A DNA stretch of 64,000 bases from Octopus vulgaris (Eukaryota), in NCBI GenBank assembly GCA_951406725.2, contig OX597826.1, forward strand, positions 63,240,001-63,304,000. Reading direction: 5' to 3'. The notes beneath the pieces are model-generated. The model searched no databases and had not been told where the DNA came from. It worked only from the letters and a program-made list of their open reading frames with translations. Below, in pieces: positions 12,868-26,045 of this stretch; the stretch's first letter is position 1, and every line of letters begins with the position of its first letter. The translations under genes and the position numbers were made by a program.

Positions 12868-13246
12868 ACTATACACATTTTTTCTCTCCTTGTTTTTTTC
12901 TTTGTCCCTTTCTGTAGAAGAGCGTAGGGTCGAAACGTAAAAGACTTTTTCTATTCCTGAGCGTTATACTAATACATCTGTTTGTTTTGTACACCACCTG
13001 TCTTCGTCTTTTGTTTTCTTCGTGAACTCTCCCTGCCATGATAGATCGTTAGCTCCTACACGCATTTTTTTCTCTCCTTGTTTCTCTCCTTGTTTTTTTT
13101 TTTCTGTGTATCTTTCTGTCGAAGAGAGTAGGCTCGAAACGTAAAAGACTTGTTCTATTTCTATTCCTGAGCGCCTTACTAATACATTTGTTATTACTAA
13201 TACTCTACCTGCCTTCATCTTTTGTTTATTTTCGTAAACCTTCCCG

Positions 13247-13248
<2 letters not shown>
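12868..13248 (+). mobile_element. Tandem dimer of a ~190-bp element carrying CUGUNGA hammerhead-like motifs (12907-12944, 13111-13148)
   Basis: Consensus UCUUU-CUGU(A/C)GA-A-GAGC(GUAG)GCUC-GAAAC-GUA-AAAGA; each of these two copies has one stem II mismatch. Flanked by (TA)n on both sides. Confidence 0.75.
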
Positions 13249-13331
<83 letters not shown>

Positions 13332-13355
13332 CACACACACGCACAAACAAGTGTA

Positions 13356-13475
13356 ACTAAAGTTGTTACTGAATGGCAGGAGAAACATTCTAATGAAGTT
13401 GACCATCTTATCTGGCCACCACAGTCCCCAGATCTCAATATTATTGAACAGTTATGGTGCATTTTAGAAAAACAA
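13356..13475 (+). pseudogene. Tc1-like transposase fragment
   Basis: TKVVTEWQEKHSNEVDHLIWPPQSPDLNIIEQLWCILEKQ contains the WPPQSPDLNxIE motif. Confidence 0.8.
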
Positions 13476-13991
13476 ACACCGAATATTTTTCGTCATAGAC
13501 AAGGGAATTTTGGAAGATGGGCCTTGCAAGCCTACCACATTTATGGAAGAGCATTATAGAAAATGAAGGAAAGTATATTTTAGATAAAAAAAAAAAGTAC
13601 TTTGTTTCTTAAATTTTGAAAAAACCCGCATTATTTATGGTATGTCCCAGCATATGTGTGTGTTTGAGTGTGTGTGTGCATGCATCTATACTAAATACAC
13701 GCATATATATATATTGTTATATTTCGGAATGGTCATATTGCCAGTTATATTCCGAAATATAACAATATCTGTTTCAACACACGACTTCACATAAAAAATC
13801 TTGCACAACAAATATTTAAACGTACATATATATATATAGATATATATATATACAGGCGTCGAAATAGTGATGATTTGTGTCAATAACTAATGAGTAATTA
13901 AGCGTGAACTGTCGATTGTACGTGTTTCTTCTTGCTTTTTGTATGTTCCTTTGTCATCGATCCATGCTACATTTTATTTTTCTTCTTATTT

Positions 13992-14069
<78 letters not shown>

Positions 14070-14749
14070 CTTAATTTATTTATCCAACATAACGAGGATG
14101 TCTTGTGAGAACACCGAAAACTGCGTTATTTGCATTGAAAGATCCTCTCTTATAGGCGCCTGTTGCAATAAAACACACACATAGATCGTAGCAGACAAGA
14201 ATCCTCTGTCATGAGTGCCTGTACTTCCTTGTCATGTGATTTCATTCTATTGCAAATCATCAGTGGGATGCGTCCGGTCACCGCTCGCCAGTATGTAGAA
14301 TATCAGCACCTTTTCAGACATTGATGTCACAAATGTACTTTTATGCACCATGCGCGCCTATATGAGAGGATTTCTCAAGGCTAATAATGCAGTATTCGGT
14401 GTTCTGACACGATATCCACATTTAGCTGGATATAAAGATTATCTTTTGGTACTAATACTGCTTCCATTCCTTATAACACTGATGACAATATGAAAACAAA
14501 GTTCCTTTAACAAGAGATAGTTCGGGTGATTTTAGATAATTTTACAGTACCCTTTCAGAATATGAAGTCAGTTTTGCACATCTAGACTTTGGACAAAATA
14601 ATGGAAACACCTTAAAATTTTGTGATCCTTCCTAACAATTCGCTAAGTCAGACAGTCCCTATCTGAAGCTTTGCTTTTCTTTCGGAGTTTTGTTTTGACG
14701 AGGAGGTTTTTCCCTCTTTCTCAAAGGCTGTCATTACTTTCGAGACAGT

Positions 14750-14832
<83 letters not shown>

Positions 14833-15357
14833 ATATATATATAAAATAGACTTGTGTGTGTGTTTGTGTGTATTCGCTCTTCATGCGAAAACGGCTGCGC
14901 GAATTGGTTCCACACGTGGGGTACATGAAAAATTTGACCTTCGATACATAATAGGGTCTTCATTTTATTTTTTATTGAAAACATATAATATTGCTTTACA
15001 TATATGATTCACTTCTTTAAAAAGGCTTTTCAGTGTCAACTTCCAGTATTGACGTAGCAAGTGTTGAAGTCGAAATTTTCCGTTTACATTTGTAAAACCT
15101 CTCACTTTCTATTTTACTGTTTTCTATTAAAGTTTCTATTTCAAGTTTTAATTCGCTGTTTGTAAATCTACGATAAATTACTGAAAGAAATATTTACTAA
15201 GCAAATGAATTTTTTTTATAGATTGAAGTTTTCAACAAAATTTACTTTCTGAACTTCCTTTTATTATTGAATATTTCAAGTTCACAAATTTAGATATTCA
15301 AGCTTTTATTTATACGATATTTTCCTTTCATGCTTATTTCATTCATTATTTGCAATG

Positions 15358-15414
<57 letters not shown>

Positions 15415-17030
15415 CCGTACACACACACTGTCTCTCTAATACTTTCAAGTATTAACACTAAACACTTTTGCATGGTTCTTAAGCTGATTCTCTTCTTTTT
15501 TGTTTTCTTCTTTTCTTTCTTTGGCTACACCAAGGTAAACTAACCATAAAGAGATTTAGACCTTAGACGACAGGATGCGGTGAACAAACAAACCTGTCAC
15601 CTAAAAATATATATACACACAGCAAACATTCATACAATCACAGAAGACGCTTAAAACCTAAAATAAATCTCAATACCAATTTCCTCTCTCGGCCTTAATT
15701 CTATATAAGTTTTTATTTTAAATCCTGTATGTGATAATTAATCCCAGACTAGAAATTCCGGGTAAAACACATCAGATTTGTCACGTTTGCCCGATTTTTC
15801 TGTAATCCCCAATAAAACTTCTGCATGTATCAAACGCAAAACACAGACTAGACTGTAAAGGATGCTAAGTTGGAGACAAGATCAGAGTACTATACTAAAC
15901 GCCAACAGACTCCGAGACGCGAGCCTACTTTAAATAGCATATCCTGAGCGATTGATTTTTGGATCGAACCTAGTAGATCCTGTTTTTTTTTGTTTTTGTT
16001 TTATTGCGGAATTTTTTTATATCTCTGTATAAGTTTTTTTAATAGTTTGTTCGGAACAATAAAGTTCCCCAAACGCTTCCAGACTTTCACAGTCTCATCT
16101 TCAGGTTAGATTTGGCTTCTGTATTTCTTCTTTCATAGAGGTCGGAATTTTGTAGACTTTACTGCTAAGGATTTTTCCGACCATTAAGCTTCCACGTAAG
16201 CAATTGAGTTGATTTTTTTTGTGTGTACATTGTTTACTTGTTTACTTAAACGTGGTGTTGCGATGAGTTTTGCTTCCATAATTTATGTGTATGTGTGTCT
16301 GTGTGTCTGTGTGTGTGTTTGTGTCTGTGTTAGAGAGAGAGAGAGAGAGAAAGAAAGAGAGAGAGCGTGCGTGCGTGAGTGTATGCGAGCGAACGTTTGC
16401 GTATGTATCAGATCACTCTTTGAGCAACAAGTAACATGAGACCCAATTCGTACAGTTGCAGGGTGAGACCGTCAGCGGCTAGACTGGAAACCCTAGCCCA
16501 ACCTGCTTAGTAAGGAGGGTGAATTTTATTGGACAACTCGCAGAACGAAAAACAATCAGTCACAGAACAGATAAACTCAGTAGAGTCAGTGACCAGTCAA
16601 CAGCCGTGAGTGAGAAGTCCCTAGTCTTCATTCAGGCATCTATCTCTAAGAGAAGGAAAATTCTGAGGTAACACCAGTATGTTTACATCCGATGATCTAG
16701 AGTAGTTCTTTGGGGACAAATGCATGCGTTGATGAGATGAGATAAGCCCTGTGCAAGGACTTCCTCACTTCAAAAAACAAGGGTACAGGCATCGCTTCAT
16801 GTCTAATATCTCTATTAACATCTCTCTCATGAGTTCATTGTATGACTGGCTTTTGCCGACGAAGGCAAACCATTCAATAAAAATTCCATGATGAAATGAA
16901 GTCATACTTCAGCGTGGGAGGTAATCTCTCTGAACACCTCCAGCAAGAGACGCCTGTCGTTGCACGTCTGTGCTGCTCGTGTTTCAGAGAACAATCCGTC
17001 AATGCCACCGTTCGAAATCGAGTTGCAACT

Positions 17031-17073
<43 letters not shown>

Positions 17074-17404
17074 GGAACATGTGTGTGTGTGTGTGTATAT
17101 GTATGTATTATGTATGTATGTATGTATGTATATATGTATTTGAAGACATGATTAGAAACAGTTTTTCTAATAACTTTTCCACTTTAATAATTAGAAATTT
17201 ATAAACATCTAATTATTAAAGTGGAAAAAATTATCAGAGAAATCATTTCTATTAATTTCTTCAAACATATAATACTATACCAAGGACTTCTTATTTACAA
17301 TTCCTATATGTGTGTGTGCGTATGTGGGTGTGTGTGTGTGTGTGTGTACATATATATATGTGTATATATATATGCGTATATGTATATATATATGTATTTA
17401 TATT

Positions 17405-17472
<68 letters not shown>

Positions 17473-17548
17473 TGTATGTATGTACGTATGTATGAACATA
17501 TGGACGTAAGTACGTATGTATGTATGTATGCATGCATATGTGTATGTC

Positions 17549-17900
17549 TATATCTATAAAACGGAGAATGTCTGTCTGTGTGTCTTTGTGCATCACTGAA
17601 ACTCGAGAACTACCCAACCGAGTTCATTCAAATTTATACAAGTCTTACTTAGCGTTCATGGAGTATCGTGGGCCAAAACAATTTTCAACTTCTGGCCTAA
17701 TGCGAGCCCGGAGCAATCTCTTAGACTGTTTCGGTATAACGTGTAAAAAGTGAAACAATAACATCTTTATTGTAATGTGATATAATACTTTCATAATTAT
17801 ATGGTTTCGCTCTCAATAATTTCACTTTTAATATCATGTTATATTCTGGATATGGGTAATGTGTGTTTGAATGTATTATTACTGCGTAACGGTTTTTACT
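17549..17900 (+). mobile_element. Possible Helitron-like 5' fragment
   Basis: TCTATATCTATAAAACGG...TGTCTGTCTGTGTGT...AACCGAGTTCATTCAAATTT resembles the 5' part of 103-487. No CTAG end found. Confidence 0.4.
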
Positions 17901-18244
17901 GCGTGTGTTATTATTGTGCAGGCGAATGACTTACAGCACTCAAGATCGTAAAGTTGTAGTTTCGATCCGAGGACCTGGCGATGCGTTTTGTTCTTGTGCA
18001 AAACACGTCATTTCATGTTGTTCCAGTCCATTCAGCCGGCAAAAATTAGTAATACTGCGAGTGAACAGTGCTCAATTCAGAAGGGGATTACATTCGTTAC
18101 AGAATCCAGGAAACTGGCCTCGTGAGTGTATGGCTCGGGAGAAAGTGTCTTTGTATTATGATGTAATATACACGTATATCGATGGATACCTCATTTCTGA
18201 AACGTGTGTCGCACTGAACTGTGATTGGCTAGTTTTGATAAGTA

Positions 18245-18300
<56 letters not shown>

Positions 18301-19319
18301 CCATATACTCTGAGTTTGACGTTTCTGATTGTTCAGAAGCAGTGAAGCAATATAAGAAAAACAGAACAGATGACAAAAGAAAAACAGAGGTTATGTCAGA
18401 ACTTCATTGGGCTCGTAGTTGAGAGTCTACATAACATCCTACAATTTCAATGGATCCTCGAATATGAAGTGCAAGTTATTGGGGAAAAAGGATATGTATA
18501 TATATATATATATATATATAAATCTATACTTTACCACTCAAAACTGAGAATATCGCACAGCTAATATAAAAAGTAAAACCTTTGATACGCTTGATAGAAC
18601 ATTATGGTTGCAAAACGATATACTGTGTTTTTGCTAGTAAATAATAAATGTATGTATGCATGTATGCATGTATGTATGTATGTATGTATGTATGTATGTA
18701 TGTACAGATGAGCTGAATGTGCGACAAATTAACGGAAAAAACTGAGGTTCGTCTTTCTGCTATGTTATTCTCGTCTGCTAGTATGACGCAGTCGATGAAG
18801 CATCAATATGGATTAGGGCTGTCTCTTAGTAACAAGAGACGTACGGAGTTAAAAAGTATAAACAGAAAGCAAATTGCTGAAACTTCATATATGTCATCAC
18901 GTACTTTTGAATGATCTATACTCAAATTAAATCGATTACCGACCACGACTGACTTCAGATGAAATATTGAAAAATGACGCCCTTTGGCTCATTCTCTTTA
19001 TATGTAAGCGAATCATGTTTCAGCCAACAACAGAAAAAAGTAATATAATTATACAAGTAGAAAATAAATAAATAATACATCAAAGCCAGCTGATAATATG
19101 GGAATAAGATAAACGGAGATGAAACGGACCGTAGAGAATAGACGTTAAAGAATATAAACCAGTCAGGGGAATGAAAGGATAAAGACGAAGAAAATACATT
19201 TCTTCACAAGTATACAGAATGCAAATGAATAGGTATTTAAAAAAAGAACGAAAATATCTATTTACACTGGAAGACGACTGACGATAAGACAATGCTCTAG
19301 GGGAAATAAAGAAAATAAT

Positions 19320-19600
19320 GTATGTAATTTAGAGTCTACGGAAGTGTTATTAGAATGTCTTAGAAGAAGATCGCAAGATGGTTTCGTGAAGCCAAACCAA
19401 CAGACAAGAGACCTAGAGTAGGTAGTAGACCAAGAACGAGATGCTTGAATAATATGGATAATCTCAGTTTATCACGTTTTGAAATCTAAAAGGAAAGTGA
19501 AATGGCGTTTGATTCTGATAGGACCCTATGGAGGCGGTACCTGAGGATTACCCTCACGACTCTATGAAGAATAGTGGGCGAAGAATATGGATAAATGGAT
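19320..19600 (+). mobile_element. Degenerate RTE-like LINE 3' end
   Basis: Remnant KRPR..RPRTR...DRxLWR motifs with frameshifts, followed by a GATG-like tail. Confidence 0.45.
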
Positions 19601-20093
19601 GAAATATAGAGACTTACATTTCCTTTTATGTTGAAAGGGAACGAATGTGCTTATAATCATAATTCAATTCATTATGGATGGCGGAAGATCAATGGACATT
19701 TGTGACATCAATGATATCTCATATTAAGGGTTTTGGACATCAAGGATACCTCATGTCAACGGTTTTGCTTTGATGGAAGTGTATTTTACTGGCGATTTCA
19801 GGGGTAAAAATTAGGTTCTGGTTCACATTTTAAGGCTCCCGTAGTTGCCTTTTATGTATAAGCGAAAAGAAATGTATTAGTAATCGTACTGAAAATGATA
19901 ATAATTATTATTATGAAAAGAAAATACGGATATAAAAAAGATAAAAATATATGAATACATTTCATTTGTGTGTCTCCAGTTAAATAATTCCAGCTTGACC
20001 AAGCTTTACGCATATCAGCAAATGTATTATTTGCTGTTCTTATGCATAAGAACAACTGTTATAAAAAGTCTGCGGGCAACTGATTCGGTTTTC

Positions 20094-20136
20094 GTAGCTG
20101 AGGAGGAGTAACAACACAGAGACGCATGCGTCCCAC
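20094..20136 (+). ncRNA. Degenerate type I hammerhead, same architecture as 5346
   Basis: GUAG-CUGAGGA-G-GAGU(AACA)ACAC-A-GAGA-CGCAUGCG-UC-CCAC; GAAA>GAGA; palindromic stem III. Confidence 0.5.
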
Positions 20137-20237
20137 TATCCGATGTCGTTATTCATAAGCCAGTTATTTTAGTACGTATTTTCTATGAGAATTTTCTCGT
20201 GAGACTATTTCCGCCGCGAAATATTCTTGAGTACTAC

Positions 20238-20855
20238 CAACCACATGGTTCCGGGTTCAGTCCCATTGCGTGGCACCTTGGGCACGTGTCTTCTACTATA
20301 GCCCCGGAGCGGCCAAAGCCTTGTGAGTGGATTTGGTAGATAGAAACTGAAAGAAGCCCGTCGTATGTATATATATGTGTGTGTGGTTGTGTTTGTCCCT
20401 TTCAACATCGTTTGACACCCGACGCTGGCGCGTTTTACTTCCCCGTACATTAGCGGTTCGGCCCAAAGAGACCGATAGAATAAATACGGTGATTTAATAC
20501 AGACGTTAATAGTTCGTAAGTGAAGGCGCGTGACTTAGTGGTGAGAGCGTAGAGCTTTCGATCGTGAGGTTGTGAGTTCGATTCCCGGACCGGGCTGTGT
20601 GGTGTGTTCTTGAGCAAGACACTTTATTTCACGTAGCGCCAGTTAACTCATCCGTAGAAATGAGCAGCGACATCACTGCTGCCAAGCTGTATCGGCCTTT
20701 GCATTTCCCTTGGATAACATCAGTGGTGTGGAGAGGGGAGGCTGGTATGTATGGGCGACAGCTAGTCTTCCACAAACAATCTTGCCTTGACTTGTGCCTT
20801 GGGAGGTAAATTTCTAGGTGCAATCCCATGGTCTTTCGTGACCGAAGGGGATCTC
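20238..20855 (+). mobile_element. Adjacent SINEs: truncated family B (20238-20485) and family D-like (20521-20855)
   Basis: Sequence similarity to other copies in the window. Confidence 0.7.
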
Positions 20856-21731
20856 CTAATAGTTCGTAATGAGACAATTGAACGCTGCTGTTTGAATGCT
20901 GGCGATTTGGCACGGTTGACGGTTTTGGCGACAGTAATTTTTGGCACTGGAGGTAACGCACACACACACACATACGTGTGCGGAAAAAATATACGCAAAG
21001 AGATAGAGAGAGTGAGACAGAAAAATATTACATTTTATCTATTGAACACGATTAACATGAACACTTTTTCTCTTTTCATACTCACAAAAAAGATATTGTT
21101 GCACACATAAAGAGAACGAGGTAGGAGAGAGTAAGAAACAAACGTTAAAACGAGAAGAACATGAAAATGTATAGTGTCAAATATGACAGCATCGAATCAA
21201 CGACGCCAGATAATCGGTGCCGAAACGGCTGTAACGAAACGACTCATACCGTTAATAATTGCAGTAAAAATCGAGGATAAATTTAAACAAAAAAAAAATT
21301 AGGTGGAGCAGGAATTCGAAGCAATTCAAACAATCACAATTGCACGGAATATTTTTATGGCCCGACATGTGCATGTATGAATAGGATATATATATATAGC
21401 CAAGACTTCAGTAAAGCAAATATTGTGACATCATATAATCGATGATGAATGATTTTGCAGTGAAGTAAGATATTTTCAAAGCTGACAGACTTCTGTTTTT
21501 ATTGAAGACATAAAAATTACGAGCCATGATGGCGATTATGTACATATTTATTCAGTCTATATATACATATGCGTATATACATTGCTATATGCATATATGT
21601 GTATCTGTATGTGTATATGAATAAATAAATATATATATACATGCATATATGTGTGTATATATATATATAAATGTATATATATATATATGTGTGTGTCTGT
21701 GTGTGTGTGCATATATATATATATATATATA

Positions 21732-22162
21732 TAATAAAAAGAATTCCAACCTTGTCTGATTTTCACGTTTTATTTACAATCTTATAATGATATATTATAA
21801 GATAATATATTATAATTGAATAAAATAAAATGAAATAGTAGAATGTTAAATGTTCATTCTGATTGAACTAGTACTTTCATGCATTGAATTCTGCAATCTT
21901 CGGGTTCATGTAGTAGTGTTGACAGTCATGCTTCACAATTTTTGACTGTCAAAAATTGTGAAGCATGACTGTCAACACTACTACATGAACCCGAAGATTG
22001 CAGAATTCAATGCATGAAAGTACTAGTTCAATCAGAATGAACATTTAACATTCTACTATTTCATTTTATTTTATTCAATTATAATATATTATCTTATAAT
22101 ATATAATTATAAGATTGTAAATAAACGTGAAAATCAGACAAGGTTGGGATTCTTTTATTAAT
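21732..22162. repeat. ~430-bp near-perfect palindrome centred on T21947; head-to-head dimer of a hammerhead-bearing element
   Basis: Arms are reverse complements with a 1-nt spacer. HHR motifs at 21864-21908 (-) and 21986-22030 (+), both with a CCGAAGA core. Confidence 0.95.
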
Positions 22163-22190
22163 ATATTCTTCTATACACAATCACTCACAC

Positions 22191-22233
<43 letters not shown>

Positions 22234-22350
22234 TATATATTATATATATAAGTATATATATAAATATATATAACTATATATATATATATATATATAGTTA
22301 TATATATTTATATATATACTTATATATATATATACATATGCATACACACA

Positions 22351-22461
<111 letters not shown>

Positions 22462-22644
22462 TTGTCCGCCTGTTGATAGAATGAGCTAAACATAATCAAT
22501 CTACTGATTGAATGAATACAGGAGCTATACGTGACCTACTTCAATTTTCATGCTAGATAGAAAAACATGGGAACACAAGCAGGACAGTGGAAACATACAA
22601 GGAAACCGAACGAAAACAAACATGGGAGCAACTGTCTTCGAAGA

Positions 22645-22707
22645 CTCGTATTGTCGTTCAATGCTCGAAATGAGGAGTAGATAGACAACCGACAACTGAT
22701 GAAGGGT
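22645..22707 (+). ncRNA. Non-circularly permuted hammerhead-like RNA, copy 1
   Basis: CUCG-UA-UUGUCG ... GCUC-GAAA-UGAG ... CGACAA-CUGAUGA-A-GGGU; all three stems pair across strands. Confidence 0.7.
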
Positions 22708-22879
22708 CGTTCTTTGTGTTACTTGTCCTATTTTCCATTTGTTTCTCTCACTGTTTGCGTATTGAACTCATTTGTTTTCGTATTTCATTTTGCTTACTGT
22801 TGATGACGTCCTGTACCCATATATTTATATATATTTATATTATTATTTGATTGAACGTCACGCATCCATTTCCAAATAA

Positions 22880-22919
<40 letters not shown>

Positions 22920-23296
22920 CACTACCGTCAGAAATTAATTAGCACCCTTGATTTGCTCTTCACTCAAGGTATGTGCTGTCACCTAGTGGCCATATCTCGA
23001 ACTATTGCTTTGTTGCGAGTTCACTGTTGCGCAGAACGATGACGTAACTTTGTTTGCAGAGCAGTTTGAGAGTCTACAGCCTTATGATGTTGACATAGCA
23101 GTGCAACAAATTGGAGTGCGGATGCAGACAAATCTTCCTTTGTTTAATAGATATAGGTAGCGCCTCGCAAGGACCGAAATCACACCATACTAAGTTTTCT
23201 CATCGCGTAAGACGTTTTGAACAGCTCATAGGTTAATTGATTTAACCTATTTAATGTAGAAATTTGAGAAGTGCTAATTAATTTCTGACGCAAGTG
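22920..23296. mobile_element. Tc1/mariner-type MITE
   Basis: 26-bp TIRs CACT(AC/TG)CGTCAGAAATTAATTAGCAC, with TA on both sides. Confidence 0.85.
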
Positions 23297-23807
23297 TATA
23301 TATATAAAACTGTAGTTGTGTGAGTGTCTGTCCCCTTCGATTTAGATTCCTAACTACTCCCACATTTTGCGGTGCAGTTTAACCAAATTCGGGTATCTTA
23401 TAGTCGTGATTCATATCGAGCCCGTCTGAGTATTAGCGCGCGTCTACGATGAGTCTACGATTTTAAAAATAATTTAACATCATTTTTTATTCCATTTTAA
23501 TGCATAATTTTTCGTGTGTCGATGGCGGCGGAGTTGGCGTCCATGGTCGCACCTGCACCTGTTTGCTTCTCCCCCTTCTTCCCTCCCTCGTGAAGCTGTG
23601 GGGAAGGGAGTGTAAGGAAATCAACGTCGTAAAGCGTTGTCAAGGAGACCAGCGTTCTTTTAGAACAACGACTTCATGGCTTGAAGACACCAAAACAGAA
23701 ATGGCCAAGAAAGCCCGAATTGGCATCTATAAGGGAAGTAACTCTCTAAAAATGCTTATATAGTTATTTCCCTTACAAACCCGAGCAACGCCGGGCGATA
23801 CTGCTAG
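23297..23807 (+). mobile_element. Non-autonomous Helitron-like element
   Basis: Same hairpin plus CTAG|T terminus as 103-487; different internal sequence. Confidence 0.7.
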
Positions 23808-25141
23808 TATATATATATTAGGAATTTGCAAACAGTAGCATCTATTAACCATATACTCTGAGTTTGACGTTTCTGATAGTTCAGAAGCAGTGAAGCAATA
23901 TATAGGCGAAAATATTCCTACATCCACACACATACACACTGATACACACATACACTCACGCCCATACATACACACACATACACATATCGATATATGATAA
24001 CTCAACAGTACATCATGATTTGATTGGATCTCAGAAAATAAAGAGAAAATTTGCCGCACATTCGCCTATACATCGTTACGTGCAGAATATATCATATTTC
24101 GATCTAACGCGTGTGAAAATATGTTTTTCATGTCTTCAGTGGCATGTACATAAAACACACTCAAGCGTATTTTGATGCTGAAGATTTAATGTTAATGAGT
24201 TTTCTTATTAATTATACGATCACATTTCAGATTATGATAGATCTGTTATTTAGGAAATATATTTCAGACAGCTGTTAGCTGGAAATTGTTTATTAAATCG
24301 TGATGGAAGTGTCTGCAAAATATTTACCAACTTCAATCTCTGGCTCAAAATTTCAAATAATGTTTAACTTATTCGACAAACACAGAAGGAAACAATCGTT
24401 ATACCATTTAGTTTTGCGGCAAGTATTCTATAATGGGTAAATCGATCGTACCATGGCTAGCGTTATTATACACTAAATTGTTATTTTTCGACAGTTAACT
24501 TACAAGTCTGAATGTTTACATATGCTGTACCAATCCATTTTAAAGGATTCTAAGTCCTATATATCTTTCCGTTAGCCTGTGATTTGCGAGAGGGATTTTA
24601 GCACCATAATCTAATGCTTTTTTTATGTTTTATTAATTGTAGTCGTAAACACAGATTGATACAAACTTTCAAACGCAAACACATACACACACAGACGCAC
24701 ATAGACTCACTCAAGCACTCATTCGCAATAAGATACATACACACATACACAAACAAATGCGTGCTTCCACCAAGTCACGTTCAAAATACATCAATGTTAT
24801 GACATTTTCTAATAGATTATTCCAGCAGTGGTACAGTTGATTCGACCAAACGGCAGTTTAATGGAGCCGTCAGAGACGAAAACTTCGGGCGGTCTCATAA
24901 TTCTCGATTTAAGACAGTTGTGTAATTAATGGTAAAGCTGAGATGTATATCTCCCGCTGAACCAAAGATGAATGTACACATCTACAAACACGAGACCCAA
25001 CACGGATACACACTCATTCACACACACACACACACACATACCAGACTGACACTTACACATACAAACACACATACACTCACACCCTCATACATAATTTTAT
25101 GTACGTGTGTGTATATATGTATATATATATGTGTGTGTGTG

Positions 25142-25216
<75 letters not shown>

Positions 25217-25373
25217 GGTGTGTGTGATTGTGTATAAAAGAATATATTAATAAAAGGAATTCCAACCTTGTCTGATTTTCACGTTTTATTTACAATCTTA
25301 TAATGATATAATATAAGATGATATAATATAATAAAATAAAATAAAATAATAGAATGTTAAATTTCATTCTGAT

Positions 25374-25418
25374 TGAACTAGTACTTTCATGCATTAAATT
25401 CTGCAATCTTCAGGTTCA
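25374..25418 (-). ncRNA. Type I minimal hammerhead in a monomeric element (25236-25457)
   Basis: UGAAC-CUGAAGA-U-UGCA(GAAUUUAA)UGCA-U-GAAA-GUAC-UA-GUUCA; palindromic stem III. The element equals one arm of the 21732-22162 palindrome. Confidence 0.78.
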
Positions 25419-26045
25419 TGTAGTAGTGTTGACAGTCATGCTTCACAATTTTTGACTATATATATATATATATATATAAGGTTAATCCAAACGGGAAAAC
25501 AGAAAAAACAACAACACGTGGAACAATTACAGTATTATTATATATATATATATATATATATATTTCTTCTTCCAATCATTGGACTTCAACCATGCTAAGG
25601 CAGCAATTTGAAGGGTTTTAATTGAAAATATTGATCCCAACACATATTTCATAGAAGTCTGGTACTTATTCTAATGTACACTTTTACCAAACTACCAAGT
25701 TAGGAGGATGTAAAGGAACCAACACCTGTTGCCAAGCGGTATGGAAGGAAAACACACACACACACTCACGCACATGGCGCGTGCACGCTCGCTCATGCAA
25801 GCATGTAAGCATACGCACACGTTTGGTGCACTTACAATCACAAATCATACACAGCAACACCAGCTGCTAACCGTAGCTTATTGAACTTTAATATGGGAAA
25901 ACTTTACAACCTCTACGTCAATAAACCACTGTTCTTCTTGAAAGCTGTTTTTTATACTTCCTACGGACTGTTCGAAACTTACTTACTTCCTACACCTTGA
26001 TCCTTGGCTCTTACATTTACACACACACACATATATATATATATA

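Noticed and set aside
15480-16200. Unique stretch with a possible + strand donor (CAC|GTAAGC) and a GGTCGGAA/TTCCGACC hairpin
   Set aside because: No ORF or recognisable miRNA; the hairpin is too short and bulged; needs transcript data.
16440-16900. Structured GC-richer segment (GGCTAG...CTAGCC hairpin), possibly a LINE 5'UTR with an HDV-like ribozyme
   Set aside because: I could not build the nested double pseudoknot by eye.
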